From a bacterium (lineage in GTDB: Bacteria; JAMCPX01), in the NCBI GenBank assembly GCA_037439545.1, contig JBBIVV010000024.1, positions 7,638 through 33,249 of the forward strand: a DNA stretch of 25,612 nucleotides, given 5' to 3'. Position 1 is the first letter of the stretch. The number at the start of each line of letters is the position of its first letter. This document shows positions 8,920 to 18,045 of the stretch, piece by piece. A program made the position numbers and the translations under genes. Under the pieces are notes generated by a model. That model worked only from the letters and a program-made list of their open reading frames with translations. It was not told the DNA's origin and did no database searches.

Positions 8920-10257
8920 ATGGACAAAATATTAGATAAGGTGTGGCGATTTTTTAGTTCGGTCAAGCTTGCAATAGTGCTTATACTGTCAATTGTCGGG
9001 ACCGCTATTATAGGGACAGTCATTCAGCAGGGGCTCCCAGTTGAAGAATATATGCAGCACTATGGAGCATCGACATATAAACTTCTTAACTTCTTTGATC
9101 TGTTTGACATGTATCATTCCTGGTGGTTTGAACTACTCCTTATACTTTTCATTGTTAATATTACGGTGTGCAGTTTAGAAAGATTACCCGCAATATTTAA
9201 GATGGTAAAAAACCCAAAACTCAAGATTCCGGCAGACAAGATAGATGCATTTAAAGAAAAACGAACCATTCATTATAGCGGTAATAAAGATGAGTTGCTC
9301 TCCACGCTACAGAACAAGTTAAAGGAGATATACAAAGAACCGGTTTATACTGCAACTGAGGAAGGGGATTTTCTTTATCTGGAGAAAGGACGTATTGCCA
9401 GGTTTGGTCCGTATGTGACCCATATAAGCCTTATTATCATATTCATCGGAGCATTAATTGGATCATTTTTTGGGTTTGATGCTTATGTTAACCTCGTTCC
9501 CGGAGATTCTACAGCCCATGTCAGAACGACAAGAGGAAATAAGGATATAACACTCCCCTTCACAATACAATGTAATAACTTTAATGTCGAGTTCTACAAT
9601 TCAGGTATGCCGAAGGCGTATAAGAGCGATCTCAGCATATTTAATGGAGATCACCAGATAGCGCACAAGGTGATAGATGTCAATCAGCCTTTGACCTACA
9701 AAGGCATTACAATATATCAGGCATCTTATGGTCAGGCAGGTGCGAGCAGTTTTGATGTTATCGTAACAGACAGCCAGAATAAGCATGATGATGTATCATT
9801 AAACATCAACCAGTTATTTCATATAAAGGACGATTCTTATATAGCAGTGCTCGATTATTCATCAAATTATCAGGGATTTGGTCCTACGATACTTGTTGGT
9901 GTATACAAAGGTAAAAAGCTTCAAAGTACCTCTCTCTATCTGCAGAAATATCCGGATTTTCACGGGGCAGAAAATATCGATGGTTATAAGATAAGGTTTA
10001 TAAGCGCTAAGGAAAGTTATTATACGGGTCTGCAAGTGTCAAAGGACCCGGGATTCCCGTATGTTGCAACCGGTGCAATCATATTGATCATTGGGCTGAT
10101 AATGTCGTTTTTCAGCTACAGAAGGAGAATTTGGATATTTATTCCGAAAAAAAATGAGCATACATTCACCATTGCCGGTGTTGCGGATAGAAATAAATAT
10201 TCTTTTGAGCTGGAATTTGAGAGGATAGTAAATGAAATAAAGAGAGGAGTAAAATAA
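8920..10257 (+). CDS. resB: Cytochrome c biogenesis protein ResB/Ccs1 (System II)
   Basis: 'WRFFSSVKLAI..IIGTVIQQ', 'DMYHSWWF..LL..N..VCS..R', 'GPYVTHISLIII..G', 'VNQPL.YKG..IYQASY', 'YTGLQV.KDPG'. ATG at 8920 preferred over GTG at 8881. Confidence 0.93.
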   Translation: MDKILDKVWRFFSSVKLAIVLILSIVGTAIIGTVIQQGLPVEEYMQHYGASTYKLLNFFDLFDMYHSWWFELLLILFIVNITVCSLERLPAIFKMVKNPKLKIPADKIDAFKEKRTIHYSGNKDELLSTLQNKLKEIYKEPVYTATEEGDFLYLEKGRIARFGPYVTHISLIIIFIGALIGSFFGFDAYVNLVPGDSTAHVRTTRGNKDITLPFTIQCNNFNVEFYNSGMPKAYKSDLSIFNGDHQIAHKVIDVNQPLTYKGITIYQASYGQAGASSFDVIVTDSQNKHDDVSLNINQLFHIKDDSYIAVLDYSSNYQGFGPTILVGVYKGKKLQSTSLYLQKYPDFHGAENIDGYKIRFISAKESYYTGLQVSKDPGFPYVATGAIILIIGLIMSFFSYRRRIWIFIPKKNEHTFTIAGVADRNKYSFELEFERIVNEIKRGVK

Positions 10258-11120
10258 TGATACCTATGAATCACCAGACGAATACCCTGCTGTTAAGTGT
10301 ATCGACATTTGTTTATGTAGGAGCTATGTTTTTGTATCTGTTTGGACTTGTGTTTAAGAAAAAGTTGCTCGATATAGCAGGTTTTGTAGTATTCATGGCT
10401 GCTTTTCTCATTGAATCAGCAGGTTTGATTGCACGATGGATAGAATCATATCGGCTTGAGTATGGTCACATACCAATAACGAATCTCTATGAATCCCTGA
10501 TATTCCTTTCCTGGACAGTGGCGCTTACCTACATTATTGTAGAACTGAAGTATAAGATGAGGAAATTGGGGTTCCCTGTTTCTCTTACTGCTTTTATATT
10601 TATGGCGTATGCCTCATTTTCCCCGAATGTGAACAGTAGAATAGAGCCTCTTGTGCCGGCTTTAAAAAGCAACTGGCTCACGTTTCATGTGGTAACAAGC
10701 TTTTTTGGTTATGCATTTTTTGCCCTTGCATTCGGTGCATCGATATTCTATTTGATCGGTGATTGGTATACAAAGCACACGAACGGTAAAGTCCTCTCAT
10801 ATCTGCCTTCTACAAAGATTCTTGACGACATGAGCTACAAACTAATCATTATCGGTGAAGTACTTTTGGCGATCGGCATTATTACAGGTGCAGCGTGGGC
10901 TGATTATGCGTGGGGCCGATACTGGAGTTGGGATCCTAAAGAGACCTGGTCACTGATTACCTTCCTGGTCTATGTTGTTTATATACATCTGAGATACTCA
11001 TGGGGCTGGCATGGAAGGGCTGCAGCTACCTTTGCAATCCTTGGATTTGCCTTCGTATTATTTACTTATCTTGGTGTTAATCTGGTATTGTCAGGGTTAC
11101 ACAGCTATGGGAAAGCGTAA
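10257..11120 (+). CDS. ccsA: Cytochrome c biogenesis protein CcsA/ResC (System II heme lyase subunit)
   Basis: WWD domain 'WADYAWGRYWSWDPKETW', 'LVPALKSNWLTFHV', 'GLHSYG'. TAATG overlap with resB. Confidence 0.96.
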   Translation: MIPMNHQTNTLLLSVSTFVYVGAMFLYLFGLVFKKKLLDIAGFVVFMAAFLIESAGLIARWIESYRLEYGHIPITNLYESLIFLSWTVALTYIIVELKYKMRKLGFPVSLTAFIFMAYASFSPNVNSRIEPLVPALKSNWLTFHVVTSFFGYAFFALAFGASIFYLIGDWYTKHTNGKVLSYLPSTKILDDMSYKLIIIGEVLLAIGIITGAAWADYAWGRYWSWDPKETWSLITFLVYVVYIHLRYSWGWHGRAAATFAILGFAFVLFTYLGVNLVLSGLHSYGKA

Positions 11121-11163
11121 CAAGCGTTATCTATAACAACGAAACATTTATCATGAGTGAACA

Positions 11164-11193
11164 TGCAGGGGCTTGCAATTACAAGCCCCTGCA
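11164..11193. terminator. Hairpin between convergent ccsA and panD (probable bidirectional terminator)
   Basis: Perfect 12-bp stem TGCAGGGGCTTG / CAAGCCCCTGCA with 6-nt loop. No long T tract on either side. Confidence 0.6.
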
Positions 11194-11196
11194 ACA

Positions 11197-11580
11197 TTAT
11201 ATAACAGCCCGTTCGGGTATGTTCTTGAGTTCCTTGATGTTGTTCATGCCTTCCATGAGGAGTATCCTCGGAGCGTAATCGGAGGGTATCTCCGGTTCGG
11301 GCATGCTGACGAAACTTGCGATGATGACGGTGTCGGATTTCCTTATCAGATGTGCAGCGGCTCCGTTCGTGCCGATGACTTTCGAGCCCCGGGGACCTTT
11401 TATGGCGTACGTCTCGAGCCTGTTACCATTGGTGACGTCCCAGATCTTTACCAGCTCGTACTCCTTTATATCGGCGAGTTCCATCAATTCTTCGTCTATC
11501 TGGATACTCCCTTCATAGTCAACGTCCGCCTGGGTAACCACCGCCCTGTGTATCTTTGATTTTAACATTGTCCTTTCCAT
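11197..11580 (-). CDS. panD: Aspartate 1-decarboxylase
   Basis: MLKSKIHRA, YEG|SI autocleavage site, NGNRLETY, NGAAA. Confidence 0.97.
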   Translation of the reverse strand: MERTMLKSKIHRAVVTQADVDYEGSIQIDEELMELADIKEYELVKIWDVTNGNRLETYAIKGPRGSKVIGTNGAAAHLIRKSDTVIIASFVSMPEPEIPSDYAPRILLMEGMNNIKELKNIPERAVI

Positions 11581-11591
11581 TTCTCCTCCAT

Positions 11592-12434
11592 CTATTGTTT
11601 CAAAGAAATATTATCTATCAGCCTTGTGGAGCCGGAATATGCAGCGACGACAACCCTGCTGTTCATTCCGGCTTTCGATAAAGGTGCCAGCGTCTTGTCG
11701 TCGACGACCTCGATGTAGTCCTCCCGTAAACCGGCGTGTGTTATTTCATCTCTTATAATGCTTACAAGTTCCTCACTGTCCTCGTTGCCGTCTTTGAATG
11801 ACGATGCTGCTTTTTGCATGCCTCTTGATATTGACAGTGCCCCGGCCCTCTGTTCTTTCGACAGGTAGGTATTCCTTGAGCTCATAGCTATGCCGTCGGA
11901 TTCTCGTACAGTCGGCATGCCGATGATCTCTACACACATGTTAAGATCTTTTACCATCTGCTTAATAATGGTAAGCTGTTGAAAATCTTTTTCTCCGAAT
12001 ATGGCACTTTGCGGCATTATAATATTGAATAGCTTGAGAACGACGGTTGCCACGCCCTTGAAATGTCCGGGCCGCGTTTTGCCACACAGTACGTCTGATA
12101 TCCCTATTACTTCCACTGCGGTTTTGAATGTTCCTGGATACATCTGATCAGGATCAGGGTAGAAGATTACGTCTGTACCTGCACGTTCGGCGAGTTTTTT
12201 GTCTTTGTCGAAATCCCTCGGATATTTTGCAAGATCCTCTTTGGGTCCGAATTGCATTGGGTTTACAAACAGGCTCATTACCAGTATGTCCCCATGCTTT
12301 CTGCCTTCCCTGAGCAGGCTTAAATGCCCGTCATGAAGGTATCCCATAGTAGGCACCAATGATATTCTTTTCCCCAGAGCCCTTTGCCCGGCGGAAAAAC
12401 CCTGCATTTCCTTAACCGTAGTTATGATCTTCAT
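11592..12434 (-). CDS. panC: Pantoate--beta-alanine ligase
   Basis: VPTMGYLHDGHLSL, FVNPMQF, RPGHFKGV, FGEKDFQQ, AMSSRN, RLIDN. Confidence 0.97.
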   Translation of the reverse strand: MKIITTVKEMQGFSAGQRALGKRISLVPTMGYLHDGHLSLLREGRKHGDILVMSLFVNPMQFGPKEDLAKYPRDFDKDKKLAERAGTDVIFYPDPDQMYPGTFKTAVEVIGISDVLCGKTRPGHFKGVATVVLKLFNIIMPQSAIFGEKDFQQLTIIKQMVKDLNMCVEIIGMPTVRESDGIAMSSRNTYLSKEQRAGALSISRGMQKAASSFKDGNEDSEELVSIIRDEITHAGLREDYIEVVDDKTLAPLSKAGMNSRVVVAAYSGSTRLIDNISLKQ

Positions 12435-12437
12435 TGT

Positions 12438-13244
12438 TTATTTGTAGGTATGCTCTGGTCCGGGGAATACACCCTCTTTAACCTCTTTGATATAGTGCTG
12501 AATCGCAGATATCGACGTTTCTTTAAGATGTGCGTATTGTTTTACAAATGTAGGCTGTCTGTTGCCGCCAAAACCCAGCAGGTCATGAAAAACAAGTACC
12601 TGGCCGCTTACATCCTGACCTGCACCGATACCGATAGTCGGTATGTGCAGTTTTGAAGAGATCTCTTTTGCAAGAGTTCCCGGGATACCTTCCAGTACAA
12701 CTGCAAATGCTCCGGCATCCTGAAGCACAAGTGCATCTTCTATCAAAGTATTATGACTTTTCTCGTCCTTGCCCTGAACTTTATAACCGCCCATTCTGTG
12801 TATGGACTGAGGCGTAAGCCCCAGGTGCCCCATTACGGGTATATCCGCATGAACAATGGCATTGATAGCTCCTGCCGCATACCTGCCGCCTTCTAATTTA
12901 ACTGCTTCAGCACCGCCTTCTTTTAAAAGCCTCCCGGCATTGTATACGGCATCTCGCGAACCCGTCTGATAGGAAAGGAAGGGCATATCAGCGACGACAA
13001 AACTGAATTCAACCGCCCTCACAACAGCTTTTGTATGATAGATGATCTCCTCCACTGTGACCGGAAGGGTGTTTTTGTATCCGTTCATTACCATGCCCAA
13101 CGAATCGCCTATCAGTATAATATCAATACCTGCCTCATCGGCTATTACAGCGGATGGATAATCATAGGCTGTCAGCATGGTGATACGCTCACCGGCTTCA
13201 TATAGCTTTTGTATGTTTGGTAAAGTTATCTTTTTTCTTTCCAT
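12438..13244 (-). CDS. panB: 3-methyl-2-oxobutanoate hydroxymethyltransferase
   Basis: MLTAYDY, LIGDSLGM, ADMPFLSY, AVKLEGG, GHLGLTPQS, IGIGAG, GQVLVFHDLLG. Confidence 0.97.
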   Translation of the reverse strand: MERKKITLPNIQKLYEAGERITMLTAYDYPSAVIADEAGIDIILIGDSLGMVMNGYKNTLPVTVEEIIYHTKAVVRAVEFSFVVADMPFLSYQTGSRDAVYNAGRLLKEGGAEAVKLEGGRYAAGAINAIVHADIPVMGHLGLTPQSIHRMGGYKVQGKDEKSHNTLIEDALVLQDAGAFAVVLEGIPGTLAKEISSKLHIPTIGIGAGQDVSGQVLVFHDLLGFGGNRQPTFVKQYAHLKETSISAIQHYIKEVKEGVFPGPEHTYK

Positions 13245-13245
13245 T

Positions 13246-13275
13246 AAAAAACTCCAGCCGAAACGGCTGGAGTTT
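13246..13275 (-). terminator. Intrinsic terminator/attenuator in the panB leader
   Basis: Minus strand AAACTCCAGCCG-TTT-CGGCTGGAGTTT then TTT, ending 1 nt before the panB ATG. The 3' arm contains the GGAG RBS. Confidence 0.85.
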
Positions 13276-13295
13276 AGATAAAATCTACTTATTCT

Positions 13296-13329
13296 CCCCG
13301 TCTCGGTCTTGTTACGGATCCAAGCGGAC
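13296..13329 (-). ncRNA. pan RNA motif-like hairpin (cis-regulatory leader of panBCD)
   Basis: Minus strand CCG-CUUGG-[A]-UC-(CGUAACAA)-GA-CCGAG-[A]-CGG: one stem with two bulged adenosines, upstream of a terminator and panB, as described for the pan motif. Confidence 0.8.
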
Positions 13330-13383
13330 TTTTTTTATTATAATATACAATTTCCTGTCAAAGTCAATAGAATTATGTCTCTA

Positions 13384-15387
13384 TTACTTGAGCTCATGTA
13401 TGACGCTGTCAAGTATCTTATCTGTTATTGGGATGTTATGCATTCCATTGGCCTTTTCTATAAAGCGCAGTTTGGCAGATGCGTCATCATACAATGTTTT
13501 CTTTTTCTTATACTGCTGCGTGTTTTTATCTACTCCTTCAAGCTGTATCGAGAAATTCTTCAACAGTAATTCGGTCTGCTCATATTTGCTTGTATAAGAG
13601 GTGTTCCATTTATCAAGCAAATTGCCATACATTGGAACATGACATGCTGTACATTGTTTTTTTACGTCCGTATAGACCGTTCCATGTCTTATGAGATTAT
13701 GACAATCTGCACACCCGACACTGCCGGACATCACATTCGGAGTATGAGGAATATCCGGGAAGGGAATGTTCCCGTGGTAAAGTCCTGCTGAGCTCTTGTG
13801 ACACAATATGCAGTTAGAGGTGGATTTATTCTGATGGTGGCAATTTGCACACGTATCGACCTTAATATTCATAGCCATTGAATGTTCTGTCGGATGACAT
13901 CCTGCACAGTCTATTCCGAGATTCATATGAAAATCATGAGGGAAATTTACACCGAGCGTTTCAAACTTTATAGTTTTCGGCATACCGAGTGTGTTGTGAC
14001 AGAGTATAGCACATGAAGCGCCCGCACTTTGCAGTGATAAAGGCTTGTTGTTTGCGATAGTTTCCGCACCCGCTAAATGAGAGGCCTTGTCGGCAAGATT
14101 GAGCGAGTTTATCAATATCTGCTGCGAGTATCTTATATTATGAGAAGGATGCGCCAGAGCAACGAACTTTTTATCGAATACTGCAGTGCTTAACAGCTTC
14201 TTTGCCTGCATTTTTATTGCAGGGGCGGCCGTTGAGTTATTAATTGCAATGTGTGCTTTGTTTATTGTGGTATTTACATAGTTCAACATAGTATTGCCGA
14301 CTGCTATCCAGTTGTACATAAGTTTACCATAGGGTTTGCCGTGGCATTCAACACATGCTCTTGCGGTCTGCTTTAAACTCTCTGCTTTCGGCAACAGTGA
14401 ATTTCCGGAGGTCAGGGAAAGCTTGTCCGGATGGCATCCTTCGCAGCTGACCTGGGTGGAAAACATTGCGTCCGGCATACTGAGCGTATTCTCGGCTCCT
14501 ATGCCCATATACATCTCTCTCTGGTAATTGTGTCTGTCTTTGTGACAATCCGTACAATCGGATTCAAGGGACTGAATCATGTGTATTTCGCCGTGATTCA
14601 TCCGCGCATGGCATTTGTCACAGGTGAGATGTTCCTTTGTTACATGGGTATTATGCACGAACACAGGGTTGCTGTATTTGTAGGATCTATCTTCGTGGCA
14701 CTGGTGACACTTATCGCGGGGGACTTCGCCTTTCCCGTTGATTACATCGAGGTGACACTGATTACACTGCATGCCCTTGGTCAAATAAGATTTGTGATTA
14801 AAACTCATGCCGTGAAGTTCGACCGTTTTTGCCGGGCTCCCGTGGCAAGATGGACATCCCGTTATTGCCTCTCCCCTCGGTGCACCGATAAAATGGCAGG
14901 ATATACACGCATCTTGGTCAACCATGGTCAGTTTTGAGCCATGGGTGGCTGAAGGATGGCATGTTTCGCAGGTTAAAAGCATTTCTCTTACGCTCTTACC
15001 GACATGCTTCGTGTGATCAAAGTAGAGCATGTTCTCATAAAATACCGGTTTGCTTATATCCGATAACGAGTGACATTTTGTACATACACGATCGCTGACG
15101 ACTGTTACCGGGTTTGGGTTATATATGCCTGTTAATGTTTCAAATTCCACTCTCGTGAAATAGTTAAATCCGAGTTTATGACATGTTGTGCAGCGTACAT
15201 CTTTATGTACGGATGTGTTCCACTCGTCTATGTATGGTTTCATTATATGACATGAGGAGCATATTCTTGGTGACCCTGAAAGCGACAAGAAGATTATATT
15301 GGGTAAAAACCACACGACAATAATAATGCCTGCTCCCACTGCAGCAGCGATGTGTTTCTTGAAAAAAGATGAGAATCTATGATCCAT
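13384..15387 (-). CDS. Large membrane-anchored multiheme cytochrome c (17 CXXCH + 1 CX3CH) with NapC/NirT-like N-terminus
   Basis: N-terminal TM segment, then 'SPRICSSCHIMKPY..W..S.H..V.C..CH' (NapC/NirT-like). 17 CXXCH counted by hand plus CAILCH. Two helical segments ending in 'HN'. Confidence 0.88.
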   Translation of the reverse strand: MDHRFSSFFKKHIAAAVGAGIIIVVWFLPNIIFLSLSGSPRICSSCHIMKPYIDEWNTSVHKDVRCTTCHKLGFNYFTRVEFETLTGIYNPNPVTVVSDRVCTKCHSLSDISKPVFYENMLYFDHTKHVGKSVREMLLTCETCHPSATHGSKLTMVDQDACISCHFIGAPRGEAITGCPSCHGSPAKTVELHGMSFNHKSYLTKGMQCNQCHLDVINGKGEVPRDKCHQCHEDRSYKYSNPVFVHNTHVTKEHLTCDKCHARMNHGEIHMIQSLESDCTDCHKDRHNYQREMYMGIGAENTLSMPDAMFSTQVSCEGCHPDKLSLTSGNSLLPKAESLKQTARACVECHGKPYGKLMYNWIAVGNTMLNYVNTTINKAHIAINNSTAAPAIKMQAKKLLSTAVFDKKFVALAHPSHNIRYSQQILINSLNLADKASHLAGAETIANNKPLSLQSAGASCAILCHNTLGMPKTIKFETLGVNFPHDFHMNLGIDCAGCHPTEHSMAMNIKVDTCANCHHQNKSTSNCILCHKSSAGLYHGNIPFPDIPHTPNVMSGSVGCADCHNLIRHGTVYTDVKKQCTACHVPMYGNLLDKWNTSYTSKYEQTELLLKNFSIQLEGVDKNTQQYKKKKTLYDDASAKLRFIEKANGMHNIPITDKILDSVIHELK

Positions 15388-16303
15388 GGCGCCCTTCTTT
15401 ATCTTTTATAAACTTTTTGTATTCAAGCGGGTGTTCCTCCAGCATCTGTTCTTTTGTCAGTTTACCGTGCCACCATACCATGGAGCCGGGGAATCTGCTT
15501 GGATTGAAATGAACATTATAGAAATGCCAGATAACTATTGTTAATGTTGCAAGGAGTGCCTCATCGCTGTGCGCTTCACGTGCAATGTCATACACATATT
15601 TTGGAAGGTATCTCAATGTCAGATTATGCAGCCACATGATAAGTCCCGAGCCTACCATGACAATACCGCCCCAGTACACAGCCCAGTAATCGAATTTTTC
15701 TACATAGCTGAATCTTTCGAATTCTGGTTTCTCTTTCGATAAGCCGAAAAAGTATTTAATCATCTGCAGGACATCTTTTATGTCTTTTAATCCCGGGAGC
15801 AGTGCTATAAAATCTCTTCTCCCGTCTTTATTAAAGATGGTGTACCCAGTATGAAATACATAAAAGGCTATTAATAAAACCGCACCAACCCTGTGTAATA
15901 TGCCTTGCATTACAATGCCACCCATAAAAAACATTAATATTTTTGACGCAGATGACTCCGGAAACTTGATGGGCAGCCCTGTTATGATCAGGATAATCAC
16001 ACTCGTAAACAGCATAATATGCTGGATTCTGAAATATATATTGAACCTCTGAAATGTTTCCTGTTCCCATTGCTTCCTATTTACAAACCTGGCTTTCAGT
16101 TTCTGTTCCTTCCTTATGAGTTTGTAAACCTTTTTGAGTTTTGTAGTTAAAAGTATGTCCAGATCTTTTGCTGTTTCCAATCTTATAAGTCTTTTGACCA
16201 GGTCAATGAGTTCAGGATTATCACGGATCCCAAGCTCATCTATGGCATGTCTTTCGAGTGCTTCTATGAATGTATCCCGCGCATTATCGTATCTGACTTC
16301 CAT
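15377..16303 (-). CDS. Di-heme cytochrome b membrane subunit (FdnI/HyaC/CbcL-type) with ~80-aa N-terminal soluble extension
   Basis: 'RIQH..L..S...L..TGLP', 'LHRVGA', 'RFSYVEKFDYWAVYWG..M..SG', 'AHSDEALLATL.I.IWHFYNVH..P..FP', 'EEHPLEY'. Confidence 0.9.
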   Translation of the reverse strand: MEVRYDNARDTFIEALERHAIDELGIRDNPELIDLVKRLIRLETAKDLDILLTTKLKKVYKLIRKEQKLKARFVNRKQWEQETFQRFNIYFRIQHIMLFTSVIILIITGLPIKFPESSASKILMFFMGGIVMQGILHRVGAVLLIAFYVFHTGYTIFNKDGRRDFIALLPGLKDIKDVLQMIKYFFGLSKEKPEFERFSYVEKFDYWAVYWGGIVMVGSGLIMWLHNLTLRYLPKYVYDIAREAHSDEALLATLTIVIWHFYNVHFNPSRFPGSMVWWHGKLTKEQMLEEHPLEYKKFIKDKEGRHGS

Positions 16304-16305
16304 CT

Positions 16306-17370
16306 TTAGTCTCCGTGTTTTGTCTTCTTACCAATCTCTCCCGCTTTGTACCTGCGGAACAGATCGAGCAGAATATGTATAAATAATAAGGTTAAGGTTG
16401 ACATAGTGAGTATTTCAAAGAACATACCTATATAATATAAAATACCCGTTGATCTACTCTTATAATTAACATGAATCTTGCCCTTCGTGAAGTTTACATT
16501 GGCATTCGGATGGCATTTGCCGCATGTTTTTGCAAGGTTTGCTTTGTTTATCGATGAACGGGGATCATTCTGCGGGAGAATAAAGTGCGCCCTATGGCAG
16601 CTTGAACAATTCGCAACCCTTGCAGAGCCAAATTCATCTGCAACCCCATGATAGCTTTCCTTATAGGTGCTGATCCTTCCCCCAGGTATATTGTATTTTT
16701 TTATCAGCTCTTTGTTTTCATGGCAGTGAGAGCATACATTTATTACATTTAAAGCATATATGGTCGCTTCCGGATCGTCCGGCTTCAGTATCAAATGCTT
16801 GCCGTGGCAGGTGGTACAGGTCGGGGCTGATTGTATGTGCCTGTCAAGCAGTGCCGTGCCGTGTATACTTTGAATGTAATTATCATACTGCGCCTTATGG
16901 CATTTACCGCACGTAGAGGCAACATCCCGGTGGTTGACTGTCGATAGAGGCGAGTCTACCTTCTGAACATTGTGGCCCCCATGGCAGTCCTGACAGTGAG
17001 GCGCCTTCGGGTCTTCCTGTGCCGCGAGTTTCCCGTGGATCGATTTGAAAAATTCATTTGCAGGCAAGGCGCCGTTCGGATTATCTTTATAGTGACACCG
17101 GTAACAGTTTACCTTGCCGGGCGTCTTGAGATGCGGAATCTCCATAACATCAGCGTGACAATCCGTACAATGCAATTTTGAGTGTATAGAGTGCTCAAGT
17201 TCAGATTTATTTACAAACAACTCCAGTGTATTTCCGTCCGGCAGCATCTTTTTGAATCCCGGCCTGCCGTGACACAGGAGACATTTCTGATACAGCGGTG
17301 CCTGACTGAAGGCATTGAAGGGAACAAGTAGTATAGTAATTATAAAGAAAACATACTTAATCTTTTTCAT
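16306..17370 (-). CDS. Nonaheme cytochrome c with signal peptide and C-terminal membrane anchor (CbcL c-domain-like)
   Basis: 9 CXXCH motifs. Signal peptide MKKIKYVFFIITILLVPFNAFS supports ATG at 17370 rather than 17403. C-terminal TM helix. Confidence 0.9.
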   Translation of the reverse strand: MKKIKYVFFIITILLVPFNAFSQAPLYQKCLLCHGRPGFKKMLPDGNTLELFVNKSELEHSIHSKLHCTDCHADVMEIPHLKTPGKVNCYRCHYKDNPNGALPANEFFKSIHGKLAAQEDPKAPHCQDCHGGHNVQKVDSPLSTVNHRDVASTCGKCHKAQYDNYIQSIHGTALLDRHIQSAPTCTTCHGKHLILKPDDPEATIYALNVINVCSHCHENKELIKKYNIPGGRISTYKESYHGVADEFGSARVANCSSCHRAHFILPQNDPRSSINKANLAKTCGKCHPNANVNFTKGKIHVNYKSRSTGILYYIGMFFEILTMSTLTLLFIHILLDLFRRYKAGEIGKKTKHGD

Positions 17371-18043
17371 GTTTCTTTTCCGATAGTAACCTATTATATT
17401 CAAGGGAATGTTCTTCTTTTAATCTGTCAACGGAGATCTTTCCGTCTATCCATGTCCTATTCATAGGGAAAACTGTAGGGTTTAAGTGAACATTATAGAG
17501 ATGGAATACGAACAATACTATGAAAATCATGACACCATCCCATCCATGCACCAGTATTGTAGCATCGATAATCCATTTCGGCAGGATTGCCATGGATTGA
17601 TTTACGAACCATAGGATAGTGCCCGTAAAGATCATCAAAATGACGCCGAGTGCAACTCCCCAGTACTGGAATTTCTGCAGATAATCGTATTTATCAAATT
17701 CAGGCAGGGTTTTTGATATACCGAGGTTATAAGAAAGTTTCCTGAAAAAATCCCGGAGATCCTTCCATCCCGGTGCAAATGCCATGAGTTCTGAATGACC
17801 TTCGTTTGTAAATGTTACCCACAGTATATGATATATGGTAAGAAGTATCAGGGCTATTGCGAAAATCCTATGGATGAGCCCCCTGACCCATATACCTCCT
17901 TCAATCTTTATCAGCCATACTGAAAATGAATTGCTGTGGAATTTTAAGACCAATCCGGTCACGGACAATACGATCATGGATATTAGAAGAATGAGATGCT
18001 GGATACGCTGGTTCCGGGAAAGCCTTTGTATTGCATTATTCAT
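17357..18043 (-). CDS. Di-heme cytochrome b membrane subunit (CbcB/CbcL-type)
   Basis: 'QRIQH', 'IHRIFA', 'KYDYLQKFQYWG', 'LVHGWDG...FHLYNVHLNP..FPM...W..G', 'EEHSLEY'. 4 TM helices. Confidence 0.9.
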   Translation of the reverse strand: MNNAIQRLSRNQRIQHLILLISMIVLSVTGLVLKFHSNSFSVWLIKIEGGIWVRGLIHRIFAIALILLTIYHILWVTFTNEGHSELMAFAPGWKDLRDFFRKLSYNLGISKTLPEFDKYDYLQKFQYWGVALGVILMIFTGTILWFVNQSMAILPKWIIDATILVHGWDGVMIFIVLFVFHLYNVHLNPTVFPMNRTWIDGKISVDRLKEEHSLEYNRLLSEKKHEKD

Positions 18044-18045
18044 GT

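Noticed and set aside
11173..11559. 128-aa plus-strand ORF antisense to panD
   Set aside because: Shadow ORF starting inside the terminator hairpin, with no recognisable motif.
13217..13694. Three overlapping plus-strand ORFs across the panB leader and the cytochrome 3' end
   Set aside because: Antisense to well-supported features, with no RBS or domain signal.
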